Shown here: piece after piece, positions 1-9,600 of the stretch
How the letters are laid out: each line of letters begins with the position of its first letter
Position numbering within the stretch: position 1 is the stretch's first letter
IMG/VR virus record: IMGVR_UViG_3300012942_000078
Span: 1-40,966 of that record
DNA length: 40,966 bases
Strand: one strand, 5' to 3'
From: a virus
Taxonomy: Duplodnaviria; Caudoviricetes
Made by a program: the position numbers and the translations under genes
The notes under the pieces: model-generated
What the model saw: only the letters and a program-made list of their open reading frames with translations
What the model was told of the DNA's origin: nothing
Database searches by the model: none

Positions 1-59
1 AGACGGAATGCCGCCATGCCATGGCGGCTTCCCCGCCGGGTCCGGCGGTGGAAGAAGGG

Positions 60-88
60 TTGAAAGCGCAGGTCGGCTAGTCTAAAGG
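60..88 (+). promoter_or_regulatory. Putative host sigma70-type promoter of the interrupted tRNA
   Basis: TTGAAA (60-65), 17 nt, TAAAGG (83-88), just upstream of the tRNA-like fragment. Confidence 0.4.
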
Positions 89-99
89 GACGCCTCCGT

Positions 100-123
100 T
101 GGGGGATCGTCTAACGGTAGGAC
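100..123 (+). tRNA. Truncated 5' fragment of tRNA-Gln; probable attL core
   Basis: TGGGGGATCGTCTAACGGTAGGAC resembles the 5' acceptor strand + D-arm of alphaproteobacterial tRNA-Gln; the sequence then breaks into AT-rich non-tRNA DNA with no anticodon or T-arm. Confidence 0.65.
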
Positions 124-322
124 CATCCCAAGTCACTGTTATATATAGAGCGCGTCCAACTTTTCGCGGTCTGTTCACGCTTCAAAAAATCCAGCAATTC
201 CGCCATCGCGCAAACGCAGTTGGACGCCGCTCGACTCCATTCGCGCAAGGCGCTACCGCTTCCCGCGAGGAGTTGTCCCCATGGCTGAGGAATCCGGCTG
301 AAACCGCCAGGAGAACTCTGCC

Positions 323-625
323 GTGACCTTTTACGACCTTGCTGACCAACAACAGCAGATCGCCCGCGCCCAGCGCGCCGCCCTGGTCACTACCCTTCAG
401 GAGGCGGCGCAGGAAAGGTTTAGCATCTGGGTATTCTGCCCCTGGTGCGGCCGCTCGCACCTGGCGGATGCTCAATGGCTCACGAACCAGGTCAAAGACC
501 CGCCGAATATGCTGGACGAACTGGAGAAGCGCCTGCGCTGCGGCAGTTGCCGGCGCTGGGGTGCAAAGTTGATTCCCACAGACCGTACCATGGTCTCCTT
601 TGACCGCTTCCCGGGTGATCGCTGA
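323..625 (+). CDS. Small Zn-ribbon protein
   Basis: CPWC...CGSC motifs; AGGAG upstream of GTG. Confidence 0.7.
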   Translation: MTFYDLADQQQQIARAQRAALVTTLQEAAQERFSIWVFCPWCGRSHLADAQWLTNQVKDPPNMLDELEKRLRCGSCRRWGAKLIPTDRTMVSFDRFPGDR

Positions 626-638
626 TCATGGCGGCCAG

Positions 639-824
639 ATGGTGAGACTATTCTTTGCTGCCGGCTTCGCCCTGGTCTGCTGGCGCTCTAGCCTGGGGAT
701 CGCCGCACCGCTCCGGGCATACCGCCGGGGCGGCGACGGTCGTGCCCTGGCCATCGCGGGCGCGTGGACCATGCTTTGCGTCGGCGCCGGCGGCGCCTCG
801 CTATATCTGCTGGTGACGGCATGA
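639..824 (+). CDS. Small 2-TM membrane protein
   Basis: Two hydrophobic stretches; follows the Zn-ribbon gene; start uncertain. Confidence 0.5.
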   Translation: MVRLFFAAGFALVCWRSSLGIAAPLRAYRRGGDGRALAIAGAWTMLCVGAGGASLYLLVTA

Positions 825-1158
825 CCAAAAGTATTACGATCCCTGGCGGCTGATGCGCGGCGGCTCTGTCAAGGGCTGCACAAATTCCTTCGCCACATCG
901 TCGTCCAGGCCGGCCTGCCTCTTCGCTTCGGCATTTGCCAGATCCAGTAAATGCGCCAGCGGCAACCACGGCACATAAGGTTGCCTAAGACCAGGCCCAC
1001 TCCCGAGTGGGGATGTGGGGATTAGCCCGGCGCTGATCCCGGCCGGCGGCACCGGCGCCTTTGTCGGCGTGATGACCTGAAAAAGCGGGAAATTCCCGGC
1101 GGGGAAAATGCCTGCCTGGAAACCCAGGCTTTCCGCTGAAAATACTGGCGGGTAAGCC

Positions 1159-1196
1159 TTGCGCCGCCCTCATTCATGACCTATATATAGGTCATG
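1159..1196 (+). promoter_or_regulatory. Promoter overlapped by a perfect 22-bp palindromic operator
   Basis: TTGCGC-N17-TATATA (1159-1187); CATGACCTATATATAGGTCATG (1175-1196) is its own reverse complement. Confidence 0.7.
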
Positions 1197-1240
1197 GCGA
1201 TGGTCAATAGGGCCGCGCCGGAAGGGCAAGGAGGCCCGCC

Positions 1241-1669
1241 ATGGCTGGATATTGCGGTTACACAAAGTCTAATAACGCTCTCGCCGCCGAAGCGGAGGAC
1301 AAGCTGCCGTTGACGCGCGCCGTCGCCGCGCTCGCGGAAAGAGCGGGTGTGAAGCGCAGGCTTGCACGCGAGGTGCTGATGGCTCGCGGCGCGTGCGAGT
1401 GGCATCACACCTCCAAACGCTACAACCGCACCGATTATTATGATGTCGCTGCGGCATCTCGTTGGCTGCGATGGGCACCGCAGCGCGATGAGTTTGATCG
1501 TTCGTGGCGGGCGGCAGCGGCGGCAGCGCATAAAGGCTTTAGTGGTGACGCCGCTCACGCGCGCACCATGCCGATATTCGAGGCCGCGGCGGCAGCTATG
1601 AGTCTCACGGTCGAGCAGGTGCGCGCGCTTTACTATCGCTGCGAGGATGAAGGGGAGGGTGAAGCGTGA
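1241..1669 (+). CDS. Hypothetical protein (GY..SNNA / EWHHTS motifs)
   Basis: Strong RBS AAGGAGG; GTGA overlap with the next gene. Confidence 0.8.
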   Translation: MAGYCGYTKSNNALAAEAEDKLPLTRAVAALAERAGVKRRLAREVLMARGACEWHHTSKRYNRTDYYDVAAASRWLRWAPQRDEFDRSWRAAAAAAHKGFSGDAAHARTMPIFEAAAAAMSLTVEQVRALYYRCEDEGEGEA

Positions 1670-2133
1670 GCCTGACTGCTGCCGAGCTTCGCGCCTTGGG
1701 CCTGGCGGCCTGGGGCCATGAATGGCAATCGCCGTTGGCGCGTGCGGTCGGCGTGACGCCGCGCACCGTGCGGCGCTGGGCGTCCGGCGACACGCCAATC
1801 CCGGAGCGCGCAGAGGCTGACATCCGCCGCGCGCTCGGCGCGGAGGATGCGCCTGGCGGCCTGTGGCCGCGCGATGAATGGATCGTGCAGCGCGAGGATG
1901 GCGCGCGCATGTATGTCGCGCACACGCTGGCGCCACGCTTTATCGCGCGGGCGGTGGAGGTCGATGACGATGGCCGCCCGCTCGCCAGCGAGATCCCCGC
2001 CAACGTGCTGGACGGCGTGACCTATGCCAGCGGCGACCTGGTGCTGTGTGAGATCGCCTGGATCGACGCGCCGCCAGGACCGAAGGAGTTGACATCTCTG
2101 ATGGAAGGCGCCGCTGACGCGCTGGAAAAATAA
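1666..2133 (+). CDS. XRE-like HTH DNA-binding protein with extra C-terminal domain
   Basis: QSPLARAVGVTPRTVRRWASGDTPIP HTH. Confidence 0.8.
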   Translation: MSLTAAELRALGLAAWGHEWQSPLARAVGVTPRTVRRWASGDTPIPERAEADIRRALGAEDAPGGLWPRDEWIVQREDGARMYVAHTLAPRFIARAVEVDDDGRPLASEIPANVLDGVTYASGDLVLCEIAWIDAPPGPKELTSLMEGAADALEK

Positions 2134-2163
2134 AAAGCCCCGCTCGGCTTTCACCGGCGGGGC
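2132..2163 (-). terminator. Rho-independent terminator ending the late operon
   Basis: GCCCCGC...GCGGGGC stem followed by T5 on the minus strand, between convergent genes. Confidence 0.7.
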
Positions 2164-2197
2164 CAGGGTGCGCGACGCTCGGGGAGATCGAACGGCG

Positions 2198-2545
2198 CTA
2201 TTTATGAAAAATCGCGACAGCCGACATGATGCCGGCCAGAAGCCACGGCGCGCTTTCCGCCAGCCACGCCCCCAGGGACGCGCCGCCCTTCACGCGATTG
2301 CCGAGCGCTTCCAGCGCCTGGACCCGTTTTGACAGGATATCGACTCGCTTATCGAACTCCTTGGCTTCGATACGGATCACGCGCTCCCGCACATCATCGA
2401 TTTTTCCGCTCAGAGTTTCGAGATGCCGGGTCTGGGCGGCGATGTTCTCGCCCATCTGCCGAAGCACCGTGATCTCGATATGTTGCAAGGCTTCGGGCTT
2501 CTGCATGGGCATCATCACTTCTTGATCGCTGGTTGTCTCGCTCAC
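2198..2545 (-). CDS. Coiled-coil protein with C-terminal TM (lysis-associated, XhlA/holin-like)
   Basis: Heptad pattern, C-terminal hydrophobic helix, coupled to the Rz stop. Confidence 0.65.
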   Translation of the reverse strand: MSETTSDQEVMMPMQKPEALQHIEITVLRQMGENIAAQTRHLETLSGKIDDVRERVIRIEAKEFDKRVDILSKRVQALEALGNRVKGGASLGAWLAESAPWLLAGIMSAVAIFHK

Positions 2546-3129
2546 TTTCCACCCTCCACCGCCGCCTGAAGCGCGCTCAACTGCTCGGCGTTGTCGCGGG
2601 CGGCACCGAAATTCTGGGCGAGCAGGGCGACAAAATCAGACAGTGCAATGCCCGAGGCGGCGTCATCAGGCTGGCCGGGGGCGATAAGGGCGGCGACAAC
2701 ACCGGGATCGGAACCGGAGGCGGCGGCGTCGAACAGGCGCACAGCGCCGACAGGCACAACACAAGCAGCATCGCTTTTGGCAGAGACATAGATGGGCACC
2801 TTTCGGATGATGGTCTGGGTGACGGTCTGGGCGTGGTTGAGTCCGTCCTGATAGGCGGCGGCGATCTTGTCCTGGGCGGTGCGCTGGGCGGTCTGCGCGG
2901 CCAGCACGGCGGCTGTGGCCTGTGCCGCGAACTCGGCCTCAGCCTTCGCATCATCGGCCACCTGAAGCTTCAGCGCCGCCACCTGGGCCTTGTAGCCGCC
3001 GCCGAACATCGGCCAGCCGTCGATCTGGGCGGTCTGCCACGCAAAGGCCAGGGCGAACAGCATGGCTACGCCGGTGGCGACAGGCCCGGCGATCTTGCTG
3101 GTGAGCCAGCCCCACGCCAGGGCCACCAT
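2542..3129 (-). CDS. Rz-like inner-membrane spanin
   Basis: N-terminal TM, Ala-rich coiled coil, ACVVPVGAVRLFDAAA segment, lysis context. Confidence 0.75.
   Translation of the reverse strand: MVALAWGWLTSKIAGPVATGVAMLFALAFAWQTAQIDGWPMFGGGYKAQVAALKLQVADDAKAEAEFAAQATAAVLAAQTAQRTAQDKIAAAYQDGLNHAQTVTQTIIRKVPIYVSAKSDAACVVPVGAVRLFDAAASGSDPGVVAALIAPGQPDDAASGIALSDFVALLAQNFGAARDNAEQLSALQAAVEGGK
2577..2789 (-). CDS. Rz1-like outer-membrane lipoprotein spanin embedded in Rz
   Basis: Alternative frame MSLPKAMLLVLCLSALCAC (lipobox-like) followed by a Pro-rich mature part. Confidence 0.7.
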   Translation of the reverse strand: MSLPKAMLLVLCLSALCACSTPPPPVPIPVLSPPLSPPASLMTPPRALHCLILSPCSPRISVPPATTPSS

Positions 3130-3347
3130 CAGCCCTGCTCCCGCTTATCCTGCTTCACCAGGCGGCCGCCGATGCCCGCCGCCAGCAGGCCCAGCGTGAT
3201 GGTGGTGACAAGCCAATGCGGGACGTTCTGTTTCAGATCGTCTCCAAAGGCCGCCCAGGCCCCTTGCACGGCCACGGCCAGCGCCATGGCCTGGACAGAG
3301 AACCAGCGCCACGCACGGCGGGCGTCTTCGATGATCTCGAATTTCAT
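3129..3347 (-). CDS. Holin (2 TM)
   Basis: 72 aa, RAWRWFSVQAMALA..., basic C-terminus RLVKQ, AGGAG RBS. Confidence 0.75.
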   Translation of the reverse strand: MKFEIIEDARRAWRWFSVQAMALAVAVQGAWAAFGDDLKQNVPHWLVTTITLGLLAAGIGGRLVKQDKREQG

Positions 3348-3358
3348 AGTGGCTCCTA

Positions 3359-4048
3359 TTAAACAGCTAGGGTGGATTGCCGATGCGCCGCATCGAGGCG
3401 CCAACAGGCAATGTCAAAATATTTGGCCTCGACCTCGATACCGACGAAGCGGCGGCCTTGGCTGGCGGCGGCAATGCCGGTTGTTCCCGATCCCATGTAC
3501 GGATCACAGATGACTTGAGCATCGGCGCAGAAACCGATGCACCATTCCATGACTGAGATGGGCTTTTGAAATGGGTGAGCGCTGCTGGCGTGAGGCTCAA
3601 ATCCCGCCTCCATTGCAGCCGAGCTACCAGCGAAGGTCTTTTCCATCATGTAGATGCCGCGCCCCTTTGATAGCCACGCGACTTCACCATCCGCGAGGAA
3701 TGTCCCATAGGCATGGGGGCGCCGCTTCGCCCAGACCAAAAGTGATCCAGGCCCAAGGTGCTGCATGAAATTGTTGCACCCGAAGATCACCTGAACTCTG
3801 CCCGCTTGAAGCAGGTGAGACGGGTCGAACGGCGCATCGTCGCCTTTAATTTGTCCGTGATGTGCACCGCCACGGCCATTATGGCCGCGCGCCGTGTTAC
3901 CACCGCTGAAGCGTTTGCTGCTGCCGCTATGCTTGATGCCGTATGGCGGATCAGTCACGATCGCATCAACCCCGGCGAGCGTTGGCAGTATCTCGCGGCA
4001 GTCCCCGAGATAGAGCGTGGCATTCCCGATGTGTTCGACCCGGCTCAT
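3359..4048 (-). CDS. Beta-class N6A/N4C DNA methyltransferase
   Basis: LYLGDC, TDPPYG, HPFQKP, DPYMGSGTT motifs. Confidence 0.9.
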   Translation of the reverse strand: MSRVEHIGNATLYLGDCREILPTLAGVDAIVTDPPYGIKHSGSSKRFSGGNTARGHNGRGGAHHGQIKGDDAPFDPSHLLQAGRVQVIFGCNNFMQHLGPGSLLVWAKRRPHAYGTFLADGEVAWLSKGRGIYMMEKTFAGSSAAMEAGFEPHASSAHPFQKPISVMEWCIGFCADAQVICDPYMGSGTTGIAAASQGRRFVGIEVEAKYFDIACWRLDAAHRQSTLAV

Positions 4049-4061
4049 AAAACTGTTCTCT

Positions 4062-4208
4062 TCAAAGAAGCAGGCCGAGGCCGGCGAAGGCCGCAACGGT
4101 GACGGCGGCAAGCAGGAAGGCCGCCCGCCAGGAAATACCGGCTGACCACCACGCGGCGGCGAACAGCAGCCAGACCAGAAGCACGAGAACGGCGGCGGTG
4201 GTGCTCAT
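4062..4208 (-). CDS. 48-aa hydrophobic 2-TM peptide (not in the ORF track)
   Basis: MSTTAAVLVLLVWLLFAAAWWSAGISWRAAFLLAAVTVAAFAGLGLLL*, ATGA-coupled to the endolysin stop. Confidence 0.6.
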   Translation of the reverse strand: MSTTAAVLVLLVWLLFAAAWWSAGISWRAAFLLAAVTVAAFAGLGLLL

Positions 4209-4828
4209 GCCTGGAAAATCTCCATCGCCTTGGCGGTCAGGGCATGGCGCTGTTCAAGCCCGACAAGGCCGGGCCCGTTGATAATGCGGGTGACGCCCGC
4301 CACGTCACCAGCTCGTGCCGGCGCGGCGCAGCCATGGGCGGTCCAGAACCATAGAGCCGTAAGCACCGCGCCCTCCGGCTGAGCGACCTGATCGGGAAAA
4401 TCCTCGTAAGGATGGTTCAGCGCTGCTGCGGCGGCGCGGTAATTGGCCCTGCCGGTAAGCTGAAAGCAGCCCCGCCCCCGGAATCTCCAGCCGTCGTCGC
4501 TGCCCTCTTCGCCATTGCCCAAGCGCCCGGCATAGACCCGGTTGGCGATGGCTTGCGGTCCCTGCCGGATCAGCGCCGCCGCATCGACCTCGCCATGCAC
4601 GGCGCTGAACATCGCATCCAGCCGGGCCGGCGAGGTGTAACGAAGATTCTCCTCAAAGCGGGTAAAGCCCGCCGTCTCATGGCAAGCTTGGGCCAGGAAG
4701 CAGGCCCGCTCCGCCGCATCCACAATCCTGAAGCGCTGGAAGCCGGATTCCAGCGCCAGCGCCAGATCAGCGGCGTGTAGCACCTTGGGCGCCAGCGCGA
4801 TCAGCCGCGCCACTGTGACGATCGACAT
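4205..4828 (-). CDS. Glycoside hydrolase family 19 endolysin
   Basis: FLAQACHET, EENL, GWRFRGRG..QLTGRANY, TRIING motifs. Confidence 0.93.
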   Translation of the reverse strand: MSIVTVARLIALAPKVLHAADLALALESGFQRFRIVDAAERACFLAQACHETAGFTRFEENLRYTSPARLDAMFSAVHGEVDAAALIRQGPQAIANRVYAGRLGNGEEGSDDGWRFRGRGCFQLTGRANYRAAAAALNHPYEDFPDQVAQPEGAVLTALWFWTAHGCAAPARAGDVAGVTRIINGPGLVGLEQRHALTAKAMEIFQA

Positions 4829-5316
4829 CAATCGATCCGCGTGGCGCCGGGGAAGTCGTTCGCCGCCAGCCAATTGTAAATGTCGGATTTCAGGACCGTG
4901 CCATCGGGATTGATCGGAACGCCCACCTGAATCGGCTCGTTCCTCTTGACGCCGGGTTCGCTGGCATCCAGGGCTTCCCTCTGCGCTCTTTCCTGCGCTT
5001 CCAGGGCCTCCACCTGCTTTGTGAAGGCCACATGCTCGGCCTGGTGGCGGGCGCGCGTGGCCGCCCGTTCCTCTTCGCCCAGGTCCAGGAATTTGGCCCG
5101 GGCGGCGGCCTGCTCGTTCTTCTTCGCGATGATCTGATCCGGGATGGGTTTCAGAGCGGCCTTGGCCGCCTTGTGCCGAAGCCTGGTCGGCTTGTCGGTG
5201 AAGATTTCGATATGGGCGATCACCAGCCCGGTATCGAAATCCGCCTGATAGCTGCGGACATAGACGTAGCGCGGGGACGAGCCGAAGCTGTCCCGCACAT
5301 TGGCGAGAAGGGCCAT
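4828..5316 (-). CDS. Hypothetical protein (tail-fibre associated?)
   Basis: Coupled to the endolysin; central coiled coil. Confidence 0.7.
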   Translation of the reverse strand: MALLANVRDSFGSSPRYVYVRSYQADFDTGLVIAHIEIFTDKPTRLRHKAAKAALKPIPDQIIAKKNEQAAARAKFLDLGEEERAATRARHQAEHVAFTKQVEALEAQERAQREALDASEPGVKRNEPIQVGVPINPDGTVLKSDIYNWLAANDFPGATRID

Positions 5317-5333
5317 GGGATTTTCCTTTCGAG

Positions 5334-6404
5334 TTAGGCGGCTTCCAACGCCGCCAGGCGTGTTTCAAACACGGCATCGCGCGCGTCGAGTTCTTTGATC
5401 GCAGCCATGATGAGCGGAATATACTCTTCCTTCATTACAAGGCTGTTCTCCCCATCGGATGAGGCTGCAGCAGGCCAATGTTCTGCTGCGTCTTCATAAA
5501 ACAGAAATGCCCGCTTCTCCCGCTCATCTGGATCATCAATATATCGACCAAGGGATGTCTCATGGGCGGCGATGATAGAAGTGGCACCAGCAATTTGTTC
5601 GATATCTCTCTTCTTGCCCCGTTCCGAAATTGACCCCCAGGACGTTGCTCCCACAGCCAAAGCCATGCCACCACTGTCGCCAGAAATCACGTTGAACGAG
5701 TTGAGGCTGCGCAGGAATGTATTATTGGAATTGAAGTCAATATCGAGCGAGCCAGTGTCACCGGCCCCAGAATTGCGGGCAATATGAAGTGCAATATTTG
5801 ATGTCGAAGACGTGATAGATACCAGCCCTTCAACGACATTACCGCTGAACACTGCGCGCGATACCGTCATGGTCCCGATTATTGTCGGGGTGTGGATACC
5901 ATCAGAATCCCACGTCACGCCGTCCGGGCCAATGAGAGAACCCGAGAGCGTCGGGCTATCTGCCCGGACCACATCGCCAGTGCCGGTTGAATTGTCAGTC
6001 AGCAGGTCGGCCAGAACGTCCGCCGGCGCCTTTTTCACCCAGATACCGGTGTCCCCGACCAGCATGTCACCATCGCCCGGCGCATCGTCACCCATCATCT
6101 CCGCGATGGAGAGAATGGGGCCGTTGAGATATTCCAGCCACCGGACCGTGGTTTCCGCCAGCACGCGGCTGTCGGGAATGATCAGAACCGTATAGGCCGC
6201 ATCATCCGATGTTTCGCCGCCCCAATTCTCAACCAGCGTTGCGGTGCCCGCGTCAGCGTCGAGCGAGGCGATGGTGCCGCTGGCGCCGCCCTGCTGGAAA
6301 ATCCAGCCAGCGCGGAACAGCGAAACCGATACCCCGGCGAAGGTCACGGTCTTGCTGCCCGCCGTGGCTGCGGCCGTGCCATCATTGATATAGCCGTTGG
6401 CCAT
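5334..6404 (-). CDS. Tail fibre/spike with C-terminal S74-type intramolecular chaperone
   Basis: Fibre-like N-terminus; SERGKKRDI cleavage-like motif; C-terminal IPLIMAAIKELD..RLAALE coiled coil. Confidence 0.8.
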   Translation of the reverse strand: MANGYINDGTAAATAGSKTVTFAGVSVSLFRAGWIFQQGGASGTIASLDADAGTATLVENWGGETSDDAAYTVLIIPDSRVLAETTVRWLEYLNGPILSIAEMMGDDAPGDGDMLVGDTGIWVKKAPADVLADLLTDNSTGTGDVVRADSPTLSGSLIGPDGVTWDSDGIHTPTIIGTMTVSRAVFSGNVVEGLVSITSSTSNIALHIARNSGAGDTGSLDIDFNSNNTFLRSLNSFNVISGDSGGMALAVGATSWGSISERGKKRDIEQIAGATSIIAAHETSLGRYIDDPDEREKRAFLFYEDAAEHWPAAASSDGENSLVMKEEYIPLIMAAIKELDARDAVFETRLAALEAA

Positions 6405-6408
6405 GGCT

Positions 6409-6657
6409 TCAGCCCTCGATGGTCACGTTCGACGGCGGCGGAGATTTGAGCGCCGCCACCTGGTTCTTCAGGTCCTCGACCTCGGCCAGAGCCGTTTTCA
6501 GCGCCGCATGGGCCTTTTCCTTTTCGGCGCGCTCGATATCGAGTTCATAGGCCAGCGCGGCTCGGCGGCTCTGATGCTCCTGGCAAATCCGCTCCAACTC
6601 GCGGATGGCGGCATTGATGGGGTTGGCGGGCTGGGCGGCGGGTTCGGGTTTTGTCAT
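6409..6657 (-). CDS. Small coiled-coil tail-associated protein
   Basis: ATGA-coupled to the tail-tip gene. Confidence 0.7.
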   Translation of the reverse strand: MTKPEPAAQPANPINAAIRELERICQEHQSRRAALAYELDIERAEKEKAHAALKTALAEVEDLKNQVAALKSPPPSNVTIEG

Positions 6658-9600
6658 CGCAATACTTGCTCCTGATAGACAACGACTTCCTGTGTGTTGC
6701 TTCCACCTGTCGCCTCGATGCTGCCCTGGATAAACACCGTGCAGGTGCCAGTACCTGAAAAGCTGGCCGGCATGTCGCAGAGGAAGTAGAAGCATTCGTT
6801 CTGATCGGCGAAGGTGTCGCGATCCACCTTCTTCGTGAAGGTGTAATTCTTGCTATGCGTTCCATCCGTGATGGTGACGGCGACGATATAGGTGAAGGTG
6901 TGTGCGGTTCCGCTGGTCACCTCGCGCGTGGTCACACCAATGCTGACGGGGTTGCCGCCGTAGAGGTTCAGAACATCGGATGAAATGATCGTCTGCGCCG
7001 ATGTGTTGGGCGTAATGCTGCCCGCGCCGCGATGCACGGTGGTGGCCGAACCAACCTTCAGGTGGTTCGTTTCAACGGTATCGGCCTTGATGCTTTTGAT
7101 ATAGAGCGTGCCGCCACTGATGACCAGCGCGCTATCCAGGGAGGCTGCGTCCAGCCCATCAGTTATAACGGTCCGCTGCCCAACCAGCCACACGCTGCCG
7201 TCACCACCGGATGCGGTAATGTAAAGCCCTGGATTGGTGGACCCGCCCGCGTCGGAGGTGGCCGCCGACAAGCCGATGGTGGTGGTCGCACCTCCCAGGC
7301 TGGCCTCGGTGGTGAACCGCAGCCGTGCCGTGGCGATGCTGAGCCCGTAGGATGAATTGAGTTCATCCAGCAGGTTTGCCGTCGTCGTCAGATCGCTGGA
7401 ACTAGCCTTGGCCGCGATGGCTGTCGCCACGGTGGAAGACGGCGAATAGCTGCCGCCGATGGTGGCAGACAGGTCGGCGGTTTGACCCGACAGGACGGTG
7501 ATCTGCCCGCCCTGGGTATCCACCAGCACATTGGTGGCGGTAAGAGCAGAGGCATCTGCCTTGCCGGGCAATGCCGCATCCAGCGCCGTCACATCCTCTG
7601 CCAGCGCCGCCACTTCATTCGTGGCGACCGTGATTCTTTCGTCAAAGCTGGCCGTCAGATCACCAACCGCCTGGAGCGACCGCCGTATTTCCTGCCTGTT
7701 TGCGGCTGCCCCTAGCCCAAGCTCAGCCGCTGTCTGCGAAACCCCGTGCAATTGGTCCAGCACGTCCGCGAAACCCTGCCCCGTGAAGTCCATGAGCTGG
7801 CGGGCGGTGGGGCCGAAGTCGATGCGCTCGATAGCGATGTCCGGCGTGGTGATATCGAGCCAGCCGGACCAATCGGTGTCCCGGGTCGAAATCGGGCGGT
7901 ATTTGCCCCGCACCTGATATGCGGTGTCCGCCGACAGGTTGGCGGGCGGAATGAACTCCCCCAGATTGAACTGCTCTATGGAGTGCGGCGTCTCGCCCGA
8001 CCAGACAATAGCAGCGCTGCTGGTAAGACGGATTTCGATAATGACGCCATCGACATCATCGATGTCGGCCGTTCCCCACTCCACCTTAATGCCAGGCTTG
8101 GCCCTGCCGTCATCGCCATAGATGATCGCCTGTTCGACAGCCCAGCCGACCATGGCCTGGGACGGCACCACCTGCCCGGCAATCGGTACCGGCGTATATG
8201 TCCGGTAATCCGTCTCGCCATTCCAGTCATAATCGGCCGGATCGCCCTCGGTGAGTTTCAGCCCCTGGTCCAGGTTGTCCTGGTCAGCGGGGATTACCTC
8301 TTCGATCTTGTTGACATAGCCGTTTTCGGTGCTGGTCCAGGCAACCGCGTCGAAAGGGTCCAGCACCACAGCGCGCGGCGGCGCGATAACAGTGTGTTTG
8401 CGGAATTTGCGCTTTTCGTCCCGTGCAAACTTCATCAGGCCCTGGACCTGATCGCCATAGGGCACGAAATTATAGGCGATGGGCAGGATTTGCCGCTTGC
8501 CGCCGTCCGCTGCCTCCAAATCGGCGTCGAACAGCGCCGGGGCGTCCACCATCGTCCAGTTCTGTGCCGGGTCGGGCCAGGTCGCCGTCACCGCGTTATA
8601 GGTTTCTTCCTGTCCTGGCGAAGGATCGAACTGCTTGGCCTCGGTAATCAGAAGGTCGGCGTCGGTGAAACTCATCACCGGCGCACCGATGGCGCCGCTG
8701 CGGGTGATGAAGAGGCCGCCCGCTTCGGTCAGGCGGCCATTGTCGCACTTGTTGAGCTCGGTCAGCAGGTCGGCCGGGGCGGTATCGACGCTGACCATGC
8801 CGCCGCAACGGAATTGCGGCACCGGCACGCCCGGCTGATATTCGATCAGCGCCTTGTTGGCATTGATGGCGGCGAACCAGCTATCCAGCGGGCAGCAGCC
8901 GGCATGGCTGTTCTGCAGGCCATAGAGCCACTGGCCGTCATAGCTGATGCCGCGCAGTACATTATATTTGACCACCGCCGGCGCATTGCTCACCGCCCAG
9001 GTCGTTGGATCATCCCACCGTTGCGCGCCGCTGCCGCCGACCGTGCTGTCCAAGGTGGGATCATAGAGTTTGACCCCGCCCAAGATGAATTTGTAGTTCG
9101 GAAAATTGCTGAAAAAATACTTGTCGATCCGCGCGGTGACGCGCGCCCAGGCGATGCCATATCCCACCTGATCGCTGCCATAGGGATAGTCGGGATCGTC
9201 GCCGAAATTCGCAACCGACCATACATCGGCGGTTGTCTGGGTGCCGTCGAAGAACTTGACCCACAGATGGTCCCTGCCTTCGCCGCCCCGGAATTCCGGG
9301 ATCGCATAGCCCAGGTCGGCATCGGGCTCGCCGGCGCCATAGGTACAGACCTTATCGTCGCAGATGAAGCCGGTCAGCGTGGTGGGAAGGTCGGACAGCG
9401 CGATCCATCGGGTGAAATAGGCGTTCGGTGTGCCGTCGAATTTGCCCCAGGTGCGGGCCGGATAGGCTTCCGAGCCGGGATCCTGTGCCAGCCCGATAGG
9501 AAAGCGCCGCGGCACCGTGCCGCCCGATTGCAGCGTGGTCTGGATGCCGAATTTCTGCTGGCCGCCGCGCAGAACCTGCGAAAGGTAACTCAGGCCGGTG

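Noticed and set aside
10-48. Two GC hairpins at the window start
   Set aside because: Probably host intergenic structure; no context and only a weak U-tract
150-330. Alphaproteobacterial LexA box (GTTC-N7-GTTC) for an SOS antirepressor
   Set aside because: Only single half-sites are present; spacing does not fit
834-1173. Minus-strand ORFs under the leftward promoter-like sequence
   Set aside because: No convincing RBS or motif; two short overlapping frames; may be a remnant but cannot be supported
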